From: an uncultured Methanosarcinales archaeon
Lineage (GTDB): Archaea; Nanobdellota; Nanobdellia; Woesearchaeales; JACPBV01
Length of the DNA stretch: 64,000 bases
Reading direction: 5' to 3'
Assembly (NCBI GenBank): GCA_964618315.1
Contig: CAZTWQ010000002.1
Location: 22,980 to 86,979, forward strand
In this document: positions 10,063-19,801 of the stretch, one piece after another
Layout of the letters: every line of letters begins with the position of its first letter
Numbering within the stretch: the first letter of the stretch is position 1
Translations under genes and position numbers: made by a program
Notes under the pieces: model-generated
Databases searched by the model: none
Seen by the model: the letters and a program-made list of their open reading frames with translations, nothing else
What the model was told of the DNA's origin: nothing

Positions 10063-12428
10063 TTTATCTTTCCTCCAAAAATATATTTTTTTAGGCTTGC
10101 AAAAGTCTTATTCTTGCGCTGCCTTTTATTTTTATTCTTTTGTTGTATTCTATATTGTATTGTTAGTATGGCTGGTACTATCAAGATACAGGCAAAGAAT
10201 GTTGCCATTATACCTACACCTAGTGTCCATCCTAATCGTTTTGTATTTACTAAAGCTGCAAATGATAATGCCATAAATCCTACAACTGTGGTCAGTGTTG
10301 TAATTGCCACTGCTTTTCCTGTACCCATCATCGCTTCAGGGATTGCTTTTTCTATAGAGCCGTACTCTTTTATATTGTGTTTTATGCTATGGATTATATG
10401 TATACTGAAGTCAATGCCCATCCCCATCAGCATAGATAACATGCCTGTTGTAAGAACAGTAAATGGTAGATTGATGAAACCCATTATCCCTACTGTCCAC
10501 ATCATCGCAAAGATTATTGGGAAAAATGCCAGAAATCCTGCAACTATTGATGTGTAGAATATCGCTGCAAGGATGATGACCAGTATAAAACCGATTAACG
10601 TTGTTTTCATCGTATCCCCTAATAAAGATTCGTCTAGTTCTATCATCTCTGCCTCCCCCCCTTGAGGAACGATCTTTATCTCTTTAGGCCAGGGTATACT
10701 GCTTATCTCTCTTAACATTTCATCGTATTCGTTTCTTCCTAGAATTGAGAATTCAACTTTGTACGTTGTAATACTAAAATCTTTGCTGAATTTGTTTCTT
10801 ATCTGAGGGTTTTTGTTAATTATACTTTTTAGGGTTACAAAATCATGAGGCACTTTTCCTTTGTTTACCGCTTTTATCTCCATTGTTGGTGAGTCAATAT
10901 CATCTACCCATTTTAATTCTTTAAGGATATTATCCAGAGTTCCCATTGGTCTTAAAACTCTAGGATCTCTTAAATCTTTTATTGAGTTAGAATCATACAT
11001 GCTTTCTTTGTCCAGCATAAAAAGCACATTTTGAGAACCCAGACCTGTAAAATGATAATCCATCGAGAATAAAGAATCTACAACATCATCTTCTTCTGGA
11101 AGCCAGTTTTCCCCTTCAGTATCCATATAGACTAATCCAAATCCGCCTGATAGAATAACTGTTGCGATTACTACTATGCCTATTATGAACCACGGTCTTT
11201 TTACCTGTAATAAAGCTAGTTTACTTAGGAATATATCCATAACACTTTTTTTTGTGTCTTCTGTTTTCCCCCTTATCTTGAAGACAACTTCATCCAGTTT
11301 TGAATAGATAAATTTTCTTTGTAAGATCATCAAAGGGGGCAATACCATGAATGTTGTGATGAATGCATAAAGTATTCCTATAGACAGAACTTTTCCTTGT
11401 GTTAATGCCATTGGTGAGCTTCCAAGAAGCATTGCAAGAAACCCTGCAATTGTAGTTGCAACAGATGCTACTAATGCAGAGCCTACACCTACAACTGTTT
11501 TTTCAACTGGATTTTCTTCTCCTTGTTTTATTTTTTCATGATAAGAATGAGTTAAGTGGATGGCATAGTCAACAGACATGCCGACCATCATCGCACCTAC
11601 AGACGCAATTATCATTGTTATTTTTATGTCTAAAAGATAAAGTGTTCCTGCTAACCATGTCAGTGTCAATATTACAGGTATTGTGCTAAAGAATGCTATC
11701 TTATAGGATCTGAAATATATCCATAAGATGATGAAAACAGCTATTATCGCCAGACCTATCGTATTCATATTATCGCTGATGAGAAACCACATGATTCTGT
11801 TTATCAAGATTGGCATCCCTGTTAGTGTTGCTTTTACACCAATAGGAAATGGTGATTGATCTACTTTTTGTCTTGTGTTATCTTCTATCCTTTCTAATGC
11901 TCCCGGTTTTCTCTCAACATTTATAGATACTGCAATCAAGGCATTGCTTAGGTCTTTGCTTAACATGCCTTTTAATGGTCCTGCTTTTATCTCTTCTGGC
12001 AGGTTATTTATCATCTCTTTTGATTCTTCGAGAGTTTCTGGGAGTTTTCCATATGATTGCAAGAATCCATATGCAAGACTCATCGTTGAATAGACATGCG
12101 TTTCTGCTTCAAGACTTTTTTGTAAAGAAACCATCGCTTTTAGGACATCTGGATGTCTTATGTCCTGAATTCTGTTTAGATCATTTACTTCATTGTCTAT
12201 AGAGACTAAGATATATAATAAATCTGTAGAGCCAAATTCATTTGATACTAATTTTTTCAATTGAAGTGTATCTGAATCTTCATTGTATAATACATCAAAA
12301 GAAGAATCTGTTTCAACCCTTAATGCATAATATCCTAGAAATAATGTTATTGTCAATATTATTAGGACTATTGGAATGGGGTGTTTTTTTTGAAGTGTTG
12401 CTAACTGCTTTAGTTTCTTTTCTATCAT
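10059..12428 (-). CDS. RND-superfamily exporter (COG1033 / MMPL-type)
   Basis: 789 aa with two 6-TM bundles, each preceded by a large soluble loop. Pairing with a COG1361 protein is typical. Confidence 0.8.
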   Translation of the reverse strand: MIEKKLKQLATLQKKHPIPIVLIILTITLFLGYYALRVETDSSFDVLYNEDSDTLQLKKLVSNEFGSTDLLYILVSIDNEVNDLNRIQDIRHPDVLKAMVSLQKSLEAETHVYSTMSLAYGFLQSYGKLPETLEESKEMINNLPEEIKAGPLKGMLSKDLSNALIAVSINVERKPGALERIEDNTRQKVDQSPFPIGVKATLTGMPILINRIMWFLISDNMNTIGLAIIAVFIILWIYFRSYKIAFFSTIPVILTLTWLAGTLYLLDIKITMIIASVGAMMVGMSVDYAIHLTHSYHEKIKQGEENPVEKTVVGVGSALVASVATTIAGFLAMLLGSSPMALTQGKVLSIGILYAFITTFMVLPPLMILQRKFIYSKLDEVVFKIRGKTEDTKKSVMDIFLSKLALLQVKRPWFIIGIVVIATVILSGGFGLVYMDTEGENWLPEEDDVVDSLFSMDYHFTGLGSQNVLFMLDKESMYDSNSIKDLRDPRVLRPMGTLDNILKELKWVDDIDSPTMEIKAVNKGKVPHDFVTLKSIINKNPQIRNKFSKDFSITTYKVEFSILGRNEYDEMLREISSIPWPKEIKIVPQGGEAEMIELDESLLGDTMKTTLIGFILVIILAAIFYTSIVAGFLAFFPIIFAMMWTVGIMGFINLPFTVLTTGMLSMLMGMGIDFSIHIIHSIKHNIKEYGSIEKAIPEAMMGTGKAVAITTLTTVVGFMALSFAALVNTKRLGWTLGVGIMATFFACILIVPAILTIQYRIQQKNKNKRQRKNKTFASLKKYIFGGKIK

Positions 12429-12535
12429 TTTAAATCTAAGAACCCCTTTTTATGTGTGAGAATACTTTTGGATTTATAAAGATGATGAAAATCATCACTT
12501 AGTAGAAAAATCCTAATATTATCATCATAGGCAGG

Positions 12536-13018
12536 TTAGGCTAAATTCCTAATTTTCTTATAACTTAGTTTTGCAACAACTGCCCATAATATATTGCTAA
12601 ATAACAAAGCGATTATAACTCCTTGAACAACCTTTACTGGCATATGCACTAAGTAAACATCTGTAAGGTATAGCCAGGGTAATTGAATCAGGTAAGATGT
12701 TAAGACAGCTAGAATAATATTCCACTTTAATCTTATCAGCACCCCAAACACAGTCCCTAAGATGATATTTCCTATCATGATATAAGGATTGTTTAATGCA
12801 AATGAGGTGTATATCGAACCCACAGCCCCAGATATAAAACCTCCTGCAGGACCATATATGATTGCCGCCAGGAATATTAAGTATTGGAAGAAATGAACCC
12901 TAACTCCAAATATATTCACATGAAATAATCCTAAGATATTAGGGAATACTGCTAAGAAAGCAAGTAATGTGATGTTTTTCAATGTTAATTGAAAGTTGAA
13001 AATATTTTTGTATTGCAT
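12536..13018 (-). CDS. small polytopic membrane protein (ECF S-component-like)
   Basis: 160 aa, about 5 TM helices, GPAGGFISGAVGS motif. Confidence 0.4.
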   Translation of the reverse strand: MQYKNIFNFQLTLKNITLLAFLAVFPNILGLFHVNIFGVRVHFFQYLIFLAAIIYGPAGGFISGAVGSIYTSFALNNPYIMIGNIILGTVFGVLIRLKWNIILAVLTSYLIQLPWLYLTDVYLVHMPVKVVQGVIIALLFSNILWAVVAKLSYKKIRNLA

Positions 13019-13064
13019 TATAAAAAAGTTGATTAAACTAGTATAAATAGTTTGGGTTTAATAT

Positions 13065-13227
13065 GGTTTAGTAGAAAATATCGGTTGCCATCAATTTATG
13101 AGCTTCTTAAATAGATACATCTAACTGACAAGGGGGAAGTCCCTTACGGGGAATGTCAGTTATCTATGCCAACATCAAGAAGCGAATCCGATGGCAACCC
13201 GACCAACGGGAGATTTTCTACTAAGCC
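13065..13227. repeat. ~163-nt rod-like palindromic element, copy 1
   Basis: Nested complementary arms: GGTTTAGTAGAAAAT/ATTTTCTACTAAGCC, TTGCCATC/GATGGCAA, ATAGATA/TATCTAT, CTGACA/TGTCAG. The core is about 85% identical to 63252-63415. Flanks are GTTTAATAT and GTTTAATTT. Confidence 0.7.
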
Positions 13228-13273
13228 GTTTAATTTTTTATTTAATACTTTTAATGACTATTAGAAAACTAAA

Positions 13274-14545
13274 TCACTCCATGGTTTCTATTCTGATAAC
13301 TACTGTCTTTTCTTTCGTAACTTCTAAAGCATTTATCTCTTTTACTGCCTTTACTAAGTTTTCTTCAACTGATTCATGGGTCGTGACTATAACAGGCACT
13401 ATATTCTGATTGATCTCTTTTTGTTCTACAGCTGCGATGCTAATCTTGTTGTCACCTAAGATTTTTGATATCTTAGCAAGTACACCTGCTTTATCCTCAA
13501 CAGTATACCTAAGATAGTATCTTGACTTAATCTTGTTCTTGTCCTTTACTTTTACATCTTCAAAATAGGACACGTCTTGTTTTCCTTTTGCTATATCTAT
13601 CACATCGCCTAGAACTACTGTTGCTGTCGGCAGCTGACCAGCTCCTTTTCCATATAGCATTGATTTTGTAGTGTTCTCAGCTACAAGATAGATAGCATTA
13701 AGCTCATCTTTAACAGAAGCCAGTTCATGATTTATAGGTATCATCGTTGGATGGACTCGTAATTCAATCTCATCATCTGTTTTTTTGGCTATTGCCAGAA
13801 GTTTTATCTTATAACCTATATCTTTTGCATATTTTAGATCGTTTTTGTTTATCTTTGTGATGCCATTTGTAAATATATCATCTTCTATCTCTGCATTAAA
13901 TGCTAATCTTGATAGTATCACTAGTTTTTGTGCAGCATCCTTCCCTTCAACATCAAATGCAGGGTCTGCTTCTGCAAAGCCAAGATCTTGTGCTGTCTTT
14001 AATGCATCTTTGTATTCCTGACCTTCTTCCATCTTTGTCAATATGAAATTAGTCGTTCCATTCAGTATACCATATATCTCTTTTATATTGTCTGCTGCAT
14101 AACTTTCTTTTATAGTCTTTATTATAGGTATACATCCGCCGACTGCAGCTTCAAATGCAATGTTTACATCATTGTTTTTTGCAGCTTCAAATATCTCTTT
14201 GCCATGTTTTGCAATAACTGCTTTGTTTGCAGTAACAACATGTTTTTTGTTCTTTAAAGCACTTAGAATTATATCTTTTGCAGGAGTATAACCCCCTATA
14301 AGCTCTATTATCAAGTTGATGTCTGGGTCGTTGATCAATTCGTTGTAATCTTTTGTCAATTGATCGTCTTTTAATCCAAGATCTTTCGCATTACCTAGAT
14401 TACAATCACAGACCTTTTTTAAGTTAATCTTAATACCTGTTCTTTTCTCTATAGTATCCTTGTTATTATTTAGTATCTTAACTACTCCACCGCCTATTGT
14501 TCCGATTCCCACTAATCCAATATTTATTTCTGGCATCTTAATCAT
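13274..14545 (-). CDS. hom: homoserine dehydrogenase with C-terminal ACT domain
   Basis: 423 aa with GLVGIGTIGGGV Rossmann loop and LNGTTNFILT motif. Confidence 0.9.
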   Translation of the reverse strand: MIKMPEINIGLVGIGTIGGGVVKILNNNKDTIEKRTGIKINLKKVCDCNLGNAKDLGLKDDQLTKDYNELINDPDINLIIELIGGYTPAKDIILSALKNKKHVVTANKAVIAKHGKEIFEAAKNNDVNIAFEAAVGGCIPIIKTIKESYAADNIKEIYGILNGTTNFILTKMEEGQEYKDALKTAQDLGFAEADPAFDVEGKDAAQKLVILSRLAFNAEIEDDIFTNGITKINKNDLKYAKDIGYKIKLLAIAKKTDDEIELRVHPTMIPINHELASVKDELNAIYLVAENTTKSMLYGKGAGQLPTATVVLGDVIDIAKGKQDVSYFEDVKVKDKNKIKSRYYLRYTVEDKAGVLAKISKILGDNKISIAAVEQKEINQNIVPVIVTTHESVEENLVKAVKEINALEVTKEKTVVIRIETME

Positions 14546-14554
14546 CTGTATTTT

Positions 14555-14575
14555 ATGTTTGTTTATAAATCTTAT
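14555..14575 (-). promoter_or_regulatory. hom promoter box (TATA plus conserved flank)
   Basis: On the minus strand ATAAGATTTATAAACAAACAT lies about 10-30 nt upstream of the hom ATG. It matches the asd promoter box at 25537-25557 at 20 of 21 positions. Confidence 0.5.
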
Positions 14576-14813
14576 CCTTAGTTCTTATATTTGATTATTT
14601 TTTAGGTTTTTATTATATCTAGTTTTTATTAGTTATTTTTATCAGTACTTTTAATTGATTTTGTTTATTGGTTAAAAAATAATTAATCCTTGTTTTATTG
14701 AAATTCTTTGATTTTTGATACCTCTTTTTTATCCTTGTTATCGAGGTGTTCTGCCTATCTTCAAGTAGTTACAGAAAAAAGGTTTAAATATAAGTTGTTA
14801 TTTCCGGTAGTTT

Positions 14814-15725
14814 ATGGGAATTTTAGCTAGGGTTACAGGTGCAATTGGTGCAGCTATACATCATAGTGGAGCATCTAATGGAGCAGCAAAGACTATAGAT
14901 GATTTTGCTGTTACTGATGATTTTGATTCTGATTTGGCTGCATTGAATGAATTTGTGTGTTCTGCTGTTTCTGTACTTTATCCCACTACTACATTTCATA
15001 GTTATAGGGGAACTCTTGAAGAATTTCAAACAGATAGTGGTTACAGTTCTTTTGTGGATAATATGACTCATAATCTTTGTATGATGAATCCAAAAAATAG
15101 GTATGAGACAAAGGCTGTTAAATCTGATGCAGGAAAACCAGCAGCAGCTGCAAATGAGGCAAAAGAAGCAGAAGCTGGAGTTACAATCGCAACAACAAAA
15201 GAAGAAGTTCCAAATACAAATGACCAATATAGATTTGTTAATGCTATTGGTGCGTTTGTAGCTCATTATCAAACAGAATCAAGAAATTTATTAGGTGGTG
15301 TATTAGATTTTGCTTATACTATGGCAGCAACAGAAGGAGTTAAGAGTCATACCCTTACTAGTCCGAATGGGAGAGGATTACCTCCAGGTTATAATCCTGA
15401 GAGGATAGGTGGGGTAGAAACTAGGGGCCATTATTCTGGTGATTTTGAGAGGGGGGCCAATTTAATTGTAAACATAGCAGGTGATGATCTTGGTACTCAT
15501 ATTGCTAATTTAATCAATAATGTAATTATTGAAAATGCAAAGGTTAATGTTAGATATACCAATGATCATGAGGTAGCTGATTTTGAGTATTTTAATGATG
15601 ATAAAGCAGAAGCAGTTAGATTAGCAGAACATATTGGCATGGTTGATCAAGTTAATGGCGTATTTAATCAGATTCAAGCACCTTATATGAAAAAGAAGCA
15701 AGCTCCAGCACAACCCCAACCATAA
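14814..15725 (+). CDS. hypothetical protein (Lys-poor, atypical composition)
   Basis: 303-aa ORF with a TATA-like GGTTTAAATATAAG about 30 nt upstream. No family recognised. Confidence 0.55.
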   Translation: MGILARVTGAIGAAIHHSGASNGAAKTIDDFAVTDDFDSDLAALNEFVCSAVSVLYPTTTFHSYRGTLEEFQTDSGYSSFVDNMTHNLCMMNPKNRYETKAVKSDAGKPAAAANEAKEAEAGVTIATTKEEVPNTNDQYRFVNAIGAFVAHYQTESRNLLGGVLDFAYTMAATEGVKSHTLTSPNGRGLPPGYNPERIGGVETRGHYSGDFERGANLIVNIAGDDLGTHIANLINNVIIENAKVNVRYTNDHEVADFEYFNDDKAEAVRLAEHIGMVDQVNGVFNQIQAPYMKKKQAPAQPQP

Positions 15726-15953
15726 AAAAAACTTCTTAGTTTTTACTACCAACATTAGACAAATACCTCGTCGTTAAATCAGTAAACTATATAAACAGGT
15801 AATTAATAATCCAGAATAATTACGTGTTTTGTTTTAGATAAGGCGATTGAAACGGTAAATCAACTCTTAAACAAAAGTGAATCTTATTTCTTAGATTATC
15901 TTATGGAATGTAGTTTTGAGAATAAAAGAATTATAAATGGAGGATGATTGAGA

Positions 15954-17042
15954 ATGGCAGATAAACCAGCAGCAAAACCAGTATATATAGGTGAAGATGG
16001 ACTAACAAACTATAGATTTTCATTTGGACCATGGAATATCCATGAAGGTGCAGATCCATTTGGACCAACAGTCAGACCAACAGTTGAGTTTGCAGATAAA
16101 GTTGCACTTTATAGGGATTTAGGTTATGAAGCGATACAGTTTCACGATGATGATGTTGTGCCTAACGTTAGTGACCGCTCGCATAGGTCAGTTATGCGAA
16201 GGGCAGGGGAAGTTAGAAAACTGATTGATGGCGAAGGATTACAACCAGAATTTGTCGCCCCTAGATTATGGGAAGATGCTAGAACTATTGATGGAGCATA
16301 TACTTCTAATAGTGCAACTGATCGTCAATACGCTAGGATTAGATCAAGAGTTGCTATCGATATAGCTGATAGGCTCGGAACAGACCTGATAGTGCTTTGG
16401 TTAGCAAGAGAAGGAACCTATACTCGAGCAGCAAAAGATCCTAAACGTTCAACAGATTATTTAGTAGGGGCAATCAATGATATGTTAGGGCATAATCCTA
16501 ATATTAGAATTGCAATTGAGCCAAAGCCCAATGAGCCGGCGGGTCAAGCATATATACCTACAATAGGGCATGCTGTAGCTTTGGCTTATATGACTGATGA
16601 TCCTAGTAGGGTAGGCGTAAATCTGGAGAGTGCTCATGTGATATTGGCTAACTTAGACCCTTCAGATGAAATGGGATTTGCAATGGCAGCTAATAAGCTT
16701 TTGACAGTTCACTTAAACGACCAGGAAGGGCCTCAATTTGACCAAGACCTATCATTCGGATCAGCAAATCTACTAAGGGCTTTTCACCAAGTAAGAGTTC
16801 TTGAACAAAATGGTTATGGTAGAAATGGGGAAATTGTAGGCTTAGATGTTAAGGCAATGCGAACTCAAAGGGCAGATGTTGCAACAAAGCATTTAAAGTA
16901 TAGCAGAGAGACGTTTGAAACTCTGCTTCAAAAGGTTAGAACCCTAGATGAAGGTGCTGTGGCTCATCTTACAGAAGCAAGGGATTATGAAGAATTAAAC
17001 CGTTTAATAAAGAACCACATTATGGGTGTAGACACAAGATAA
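15954..17042 (+). CDS. xylose-isomerase-like TIM-barrel enzyme, class I (short, actinobacterial-type) architecture
   Basis: FSFGPWNI...DPFG, FHDDDVVP, LWLAREG, IEPKPNEP, HLNDQ...FDQDL motifs parallel class-I xylose isomerase. The ATG at 15954 lies 8 nt after GGAGGATGA. The track's TTG start at 15948 sits between that site and the ATG. Confidence 0.7.
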   Translation: MADKPAAKPVYIGEDGLTNYRFSFGPWNIHEGADPFGPTVRPTVEFADKVALYRDLGYEAIQFHDDDVVPNVSDRSHRSVMRRAGEVRKLIDGEGLQPEFVAPRLWEDARTIDGAYTSNSATDRQYARIRSRVAIDIADRLGTDLIVLWLAREGTYTRAAKDPKRSTDYLVGAINDMLGHNPNIRIAIEPKPNEPAGQAYIPTIGHAVALAYMTDDPSRVGVNLESAHVILANLDPSDEMGFAMAANKLLTVHLNDQEGPQFDQDLSFGSANLLRAFHQVRVLEQNGYGRNGEIVGLDVKAMRTQRADVATKHLKYSRETFETLLQKVRTLDEGAVAHLTEARDYEELNRLIKNHIMGVDTR

Positions 17043-17096
17043 ATCTTTTTTATTTTTTTATAATTAATAAAAGAAATATTAACGAGGGGATGTAGA

Positions 17097-18530
17097 ATGG
17101 CAGAACAAATGGCACCAGTTGCACAGAAAGCAATAGATATGTATGAAAGAAAAGATTTTTGTACTGGAATTGCAGGGGCAGTACCTTATGAACCAGGCAC
17201 AATATTAACACCTAAATTAAAGGGTGGAAATCAAATTATTTTCAGGGATTATGATTCAAATGAAGATATAATCTACAAAAAGAGTGATGGAACTATCGTT
17301 CAATCAACTATGGGTGCAACAGTCAATCCTTCATTAGCATATTGGCATGCAATGAGGGGTACTGGTCAAGACCCATTTGGAGCTCCGACAATGGTTAGGG
17401 AATGGGCTCAACCAACAGATGAAATGGAAGCTGCAGAATGGACAATGGTAGCAACATTTCAGATTTGTAAAAGACTAGGGCTTGATTATTGTTTTCACGA
17501 TGAAGATATTGCACCCAGAGGTGCATCTTTAACAGAATATAGAAGTAACCTTGACCATATGGCTGAATTTGCTTATGGTTTACAACAACATACTGGTGTT
17601 GGACTTAGATGGAATACATCTAATATGTTTAGTGATCCCAGATTTGCACATGGAGCAGCCACTAACCCAGATGCTACAGTACTTGCACATGCAGGAGCAC
17701 AAGTAAAAAAAATGATTGAAGTAGGAAAGTACTTGGGTGCTAAAAATTATGTATTCTGGGGCGGTAGAGAAGGATATGAAACTTTATTAAACACAGATAT
17801 GGGAAGAGAACAAGCACATTTAGCTAGATTTTTGCATATGGCAGTAGATTACGCAAAAGAAATTGGATTTGATGCACAATTCTTAATAGAACCAAAAGCA
17901 AAAGAGCCAACAAAACACCAATATGATTTTGATGCAGCAACAGTTATAGGATTTTTAACACAGCATGGCCTTAGGGATCATTTTAAACTTAATGTCGAAG
18001 CTAATCATGCAACTTTAGCTACTCATACATTTGAACATGATTTAACTGTTTCTTCTATGAATGGTATGTTGGGGAGTATTGATGCAAATAGGGGAGATAC
18101 ATTACTTGGATGGGATACAGATCAATTTCCATTAGATGTCTATTCAAATGTTATGGCTATGATGGTTGTTCTAGGTCAGGGTGGTCTTGAAAATGGTGGC
18201 TTTCATTTTGATGCAAAGCTAAGAAGAGGATCTACAGATTTAGAAGATATATTTATTGCTCATACTGGAGCAATGGATGCTCTTGCTAGGGGGGCTAGGG
18301 TAGCTGCAAAAATGAGTAGGGATGGGGCGTTATCTGATTTTGTAGCAGAAAGATATGCTTCATTTGATGATGGTATAGGTAAAGCATTTGAAAATGGCGA
18401 GGTTAGTCTAAGAGAACTCGAAGCATTTGCTTTAGCACATGAACCTGAACCAATTAGTGGTAAGCAAGAATTGCTAGAAAATGTAGTTAATCAATACATT
18501 CAAATGGGTACCCATGAATTAGCTCAATAA
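17097..18530 (+). CDS. xylA: xylose isomerase, class II
   Basis: 477 aa with FCFHDEDIAP, VFWGGREGY, LIEPKAKEPTKHQYDFD, NVEANHATLA and GSIDANRGD..LGWDTDQFP motifs. Confidence 0.9.
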   Translation: MAEQMAPVAQKAIDMYERKDFCTGIAGAVPYEPGTILTPKLKGGNQIIFRDYDSNEDIIYKKSDGTIVQSTMGATVNPSLAYWHAMRGTGQDPFGAPTMVREWAQPTDEMEAAEWTMVATFQICKRLGLDYCFHDEDIAPRGASLTEYRSNLDHMAEFAYGLQQHTGVGLRWNTSNMFSDPRFAHGAATNPDATVLAHAGAQVKKMIEVGKYLGAKNYVFWGGREGYETLLNTDMGREQAHLARFLHMAVDYAKEIGFDAQFLIEPKAKEPTKHQYDFDAATVIGFLTQHGLRDHFKLNVEANHATLATHTFEHDLTVSSMNGMLGSIDANRGDTLLGWDTDQFPLDVYSNVMAMMVVLGQGGLENGGFHFDAKLRRGSTDLEDIFIAHTGAMDALARGARVAAKMSRDGALSDFVAERYASFDDGIGKAFENGEVSLRELEAFALAHEPEPISGKQELLENVVNQYIQMGTHELAQ

Positions 18531-18610
18531 TTTTATTTTTTATTTTATTTTTAAATTTTAAATCAAAAAAAGAGGCTTGACTTGATATAGTAATATCATA
18601 GGTAATTATA

Positions 18611-19768
18611 ATGGCAGCAATAGACGGAATGTTAACAAGATCAAAGCTTGAAGATGAACTAGAAGGAGAACGTCGTTATTCATTTGATTATAAAGACGGC
18701 GCTTCTGTATGGTTGACTGAATTTGGAGCAAGAGCTATAGGCTTGTTCCATTCTTCTGATTCTAATACTATGAATGGTGTTTGGACTCCACCAAACACTA
18801 AAGAAGTTACTCAAAGAATAAGAAGTGCAGGCAGTTATACTGAAGATATCTTGGGTGGAGAAAGAGGGTGGTTTGGGAATGAAGCAGGGTTTCATGATTG
18901 GGATAATTGGAAGGTCCAGACCTCCATGGATCCTGGAAGATTTGAGACTATAAATCATATGATCGATGCTTTTTTATTTCGTAATTCAGGAACATTAGAA
19001 GATTTTCAGACAAATGATAGATATAAATTTGAAGTTGATAGAACTTTCTCAAAGCTTGAAGACCCTTTTTCTGCAACTGATGTAACTTATGTCGGTTTTG
19101 GTCTGCGTTATTCAATTGCTATAACATCTACAGATCTTAGTAGAATCAATAATCCAAAAGTAAATCCCTGGTCTTTGATGACTACTTATTCAGGAACTAA
19201 AGATTATCCAGGAACAGTTATAGCGATAACAAATCCAGGTGCTAAATCAATAACTTATGAAGATGATAAACAGGGTTTGCCTATGGGAGAAAGAGTAAGG
19301 ATAGAAGATGCTGCTGTTTATTTTAGGACTGATAATGTTGGATGTCATCAGATCGCTGTTAAGCCTGAAGACCTAAGATATGTAGATGATCATGCTGTAC
19401 TGATGAAGGTCAACCAAGTTCCAGACGGTTCTGGATTATATGAATTGACAGTCAAAAGAGTTCCAGACACACCATTAGACAGGAATCTTCCTGCAACATG
19501 GCAAGACATCCATGACATACCCCATTATAATCCTGAAGGTGAAAGGGGAACATTGCAGGCATATAATGGACCTGCACCAAGTGATGCAACTCAAAGATTT
19601 ACAGAGATGGAATTTATGCTGGCTCCTTTAGTGCGTACTAGGGGTGGCTATGAAAGAACAGTCCATCTTGAAGTGATACAATATAGGGGAGAATTCGATA
19701 AGATAGTTGGACTAGTGCAAAGGATTGGGCAGATGAGCAATGTACCTTATCTTTTTGCTAGTGAATAA
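18611..19768 (+). CDS. hypothetical protein within the sugar operon
   Basis: 385 aa, same strand, 80-nt gap from xylA. No family recognised. Confidence 0.55.
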   Translation: MAAIDGMLTRSKLEDELEGERRYSFDYKDGASVWLTEFGARAIGLFHSSDSNTMNGVWTPPNTKEVTQRIRSAGSYTEDILGGERGWFGNEAGFHDWDNWKVQTSMDPGRFETINHMIDAFLFRNSGTLEDFQTNDRYKFEVDRTFSKLEDPFSATDVTYVGFGLRYSIAITSTDLSRINNPKVNPWSLMTTYSGTKDYPGTVIAITNPGAKSITYEDDKQGLPMGERVRIEDAAVYFRTDNVGCHQIAVKPEDLRYVDDHAVLMKVNQVPDGSGLYELTVKRVPDTPLDRNLPATWQDIHDIPHYNPEGERGTLQAYNGPAPSDATQRFTEMEFMLAPLVRTRGGYERTVHLEVIQYRGEFDKIVGLVQRIGQMSNVPYLFASE

Positions 19769-19801
19769 ATATTAAAGAAAAATTTTGGAGGATGATATAA
19801 A

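Noticed and set aside
13132-13143. GGGGGAAGUCCC resembles the RNase P RNA CR-I motif GAGGAAAGUCC.
   Set aside because: No other RNase P conserved regions are present. The second copy reads GGGGGAUGCCUC, and the element is far too short.
13065-13227. The palindromic element as a riboswitch or 5'-UTR leader of the downstream membrane-protein genes.
   Set aside because: In both copies a TATA-like box lies between the element and the gene start. The element is therefore upstream of the likely promoter, not in the leader.
15824-15853. GTGTTTTGTTTTAGATAAGGCGATTGAAAC resembles a CRISPR repeat (GTTTT... start, ATTGAAAC end).
   Set aside because: Only one copy is present. The nearest weakly similar stretch (15913-15940) is at irregular spacing and overlaps the TATA and Shine-Dalgarno sites of the next gene. 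No cas genes and no repeat-spacer periodicity are present.
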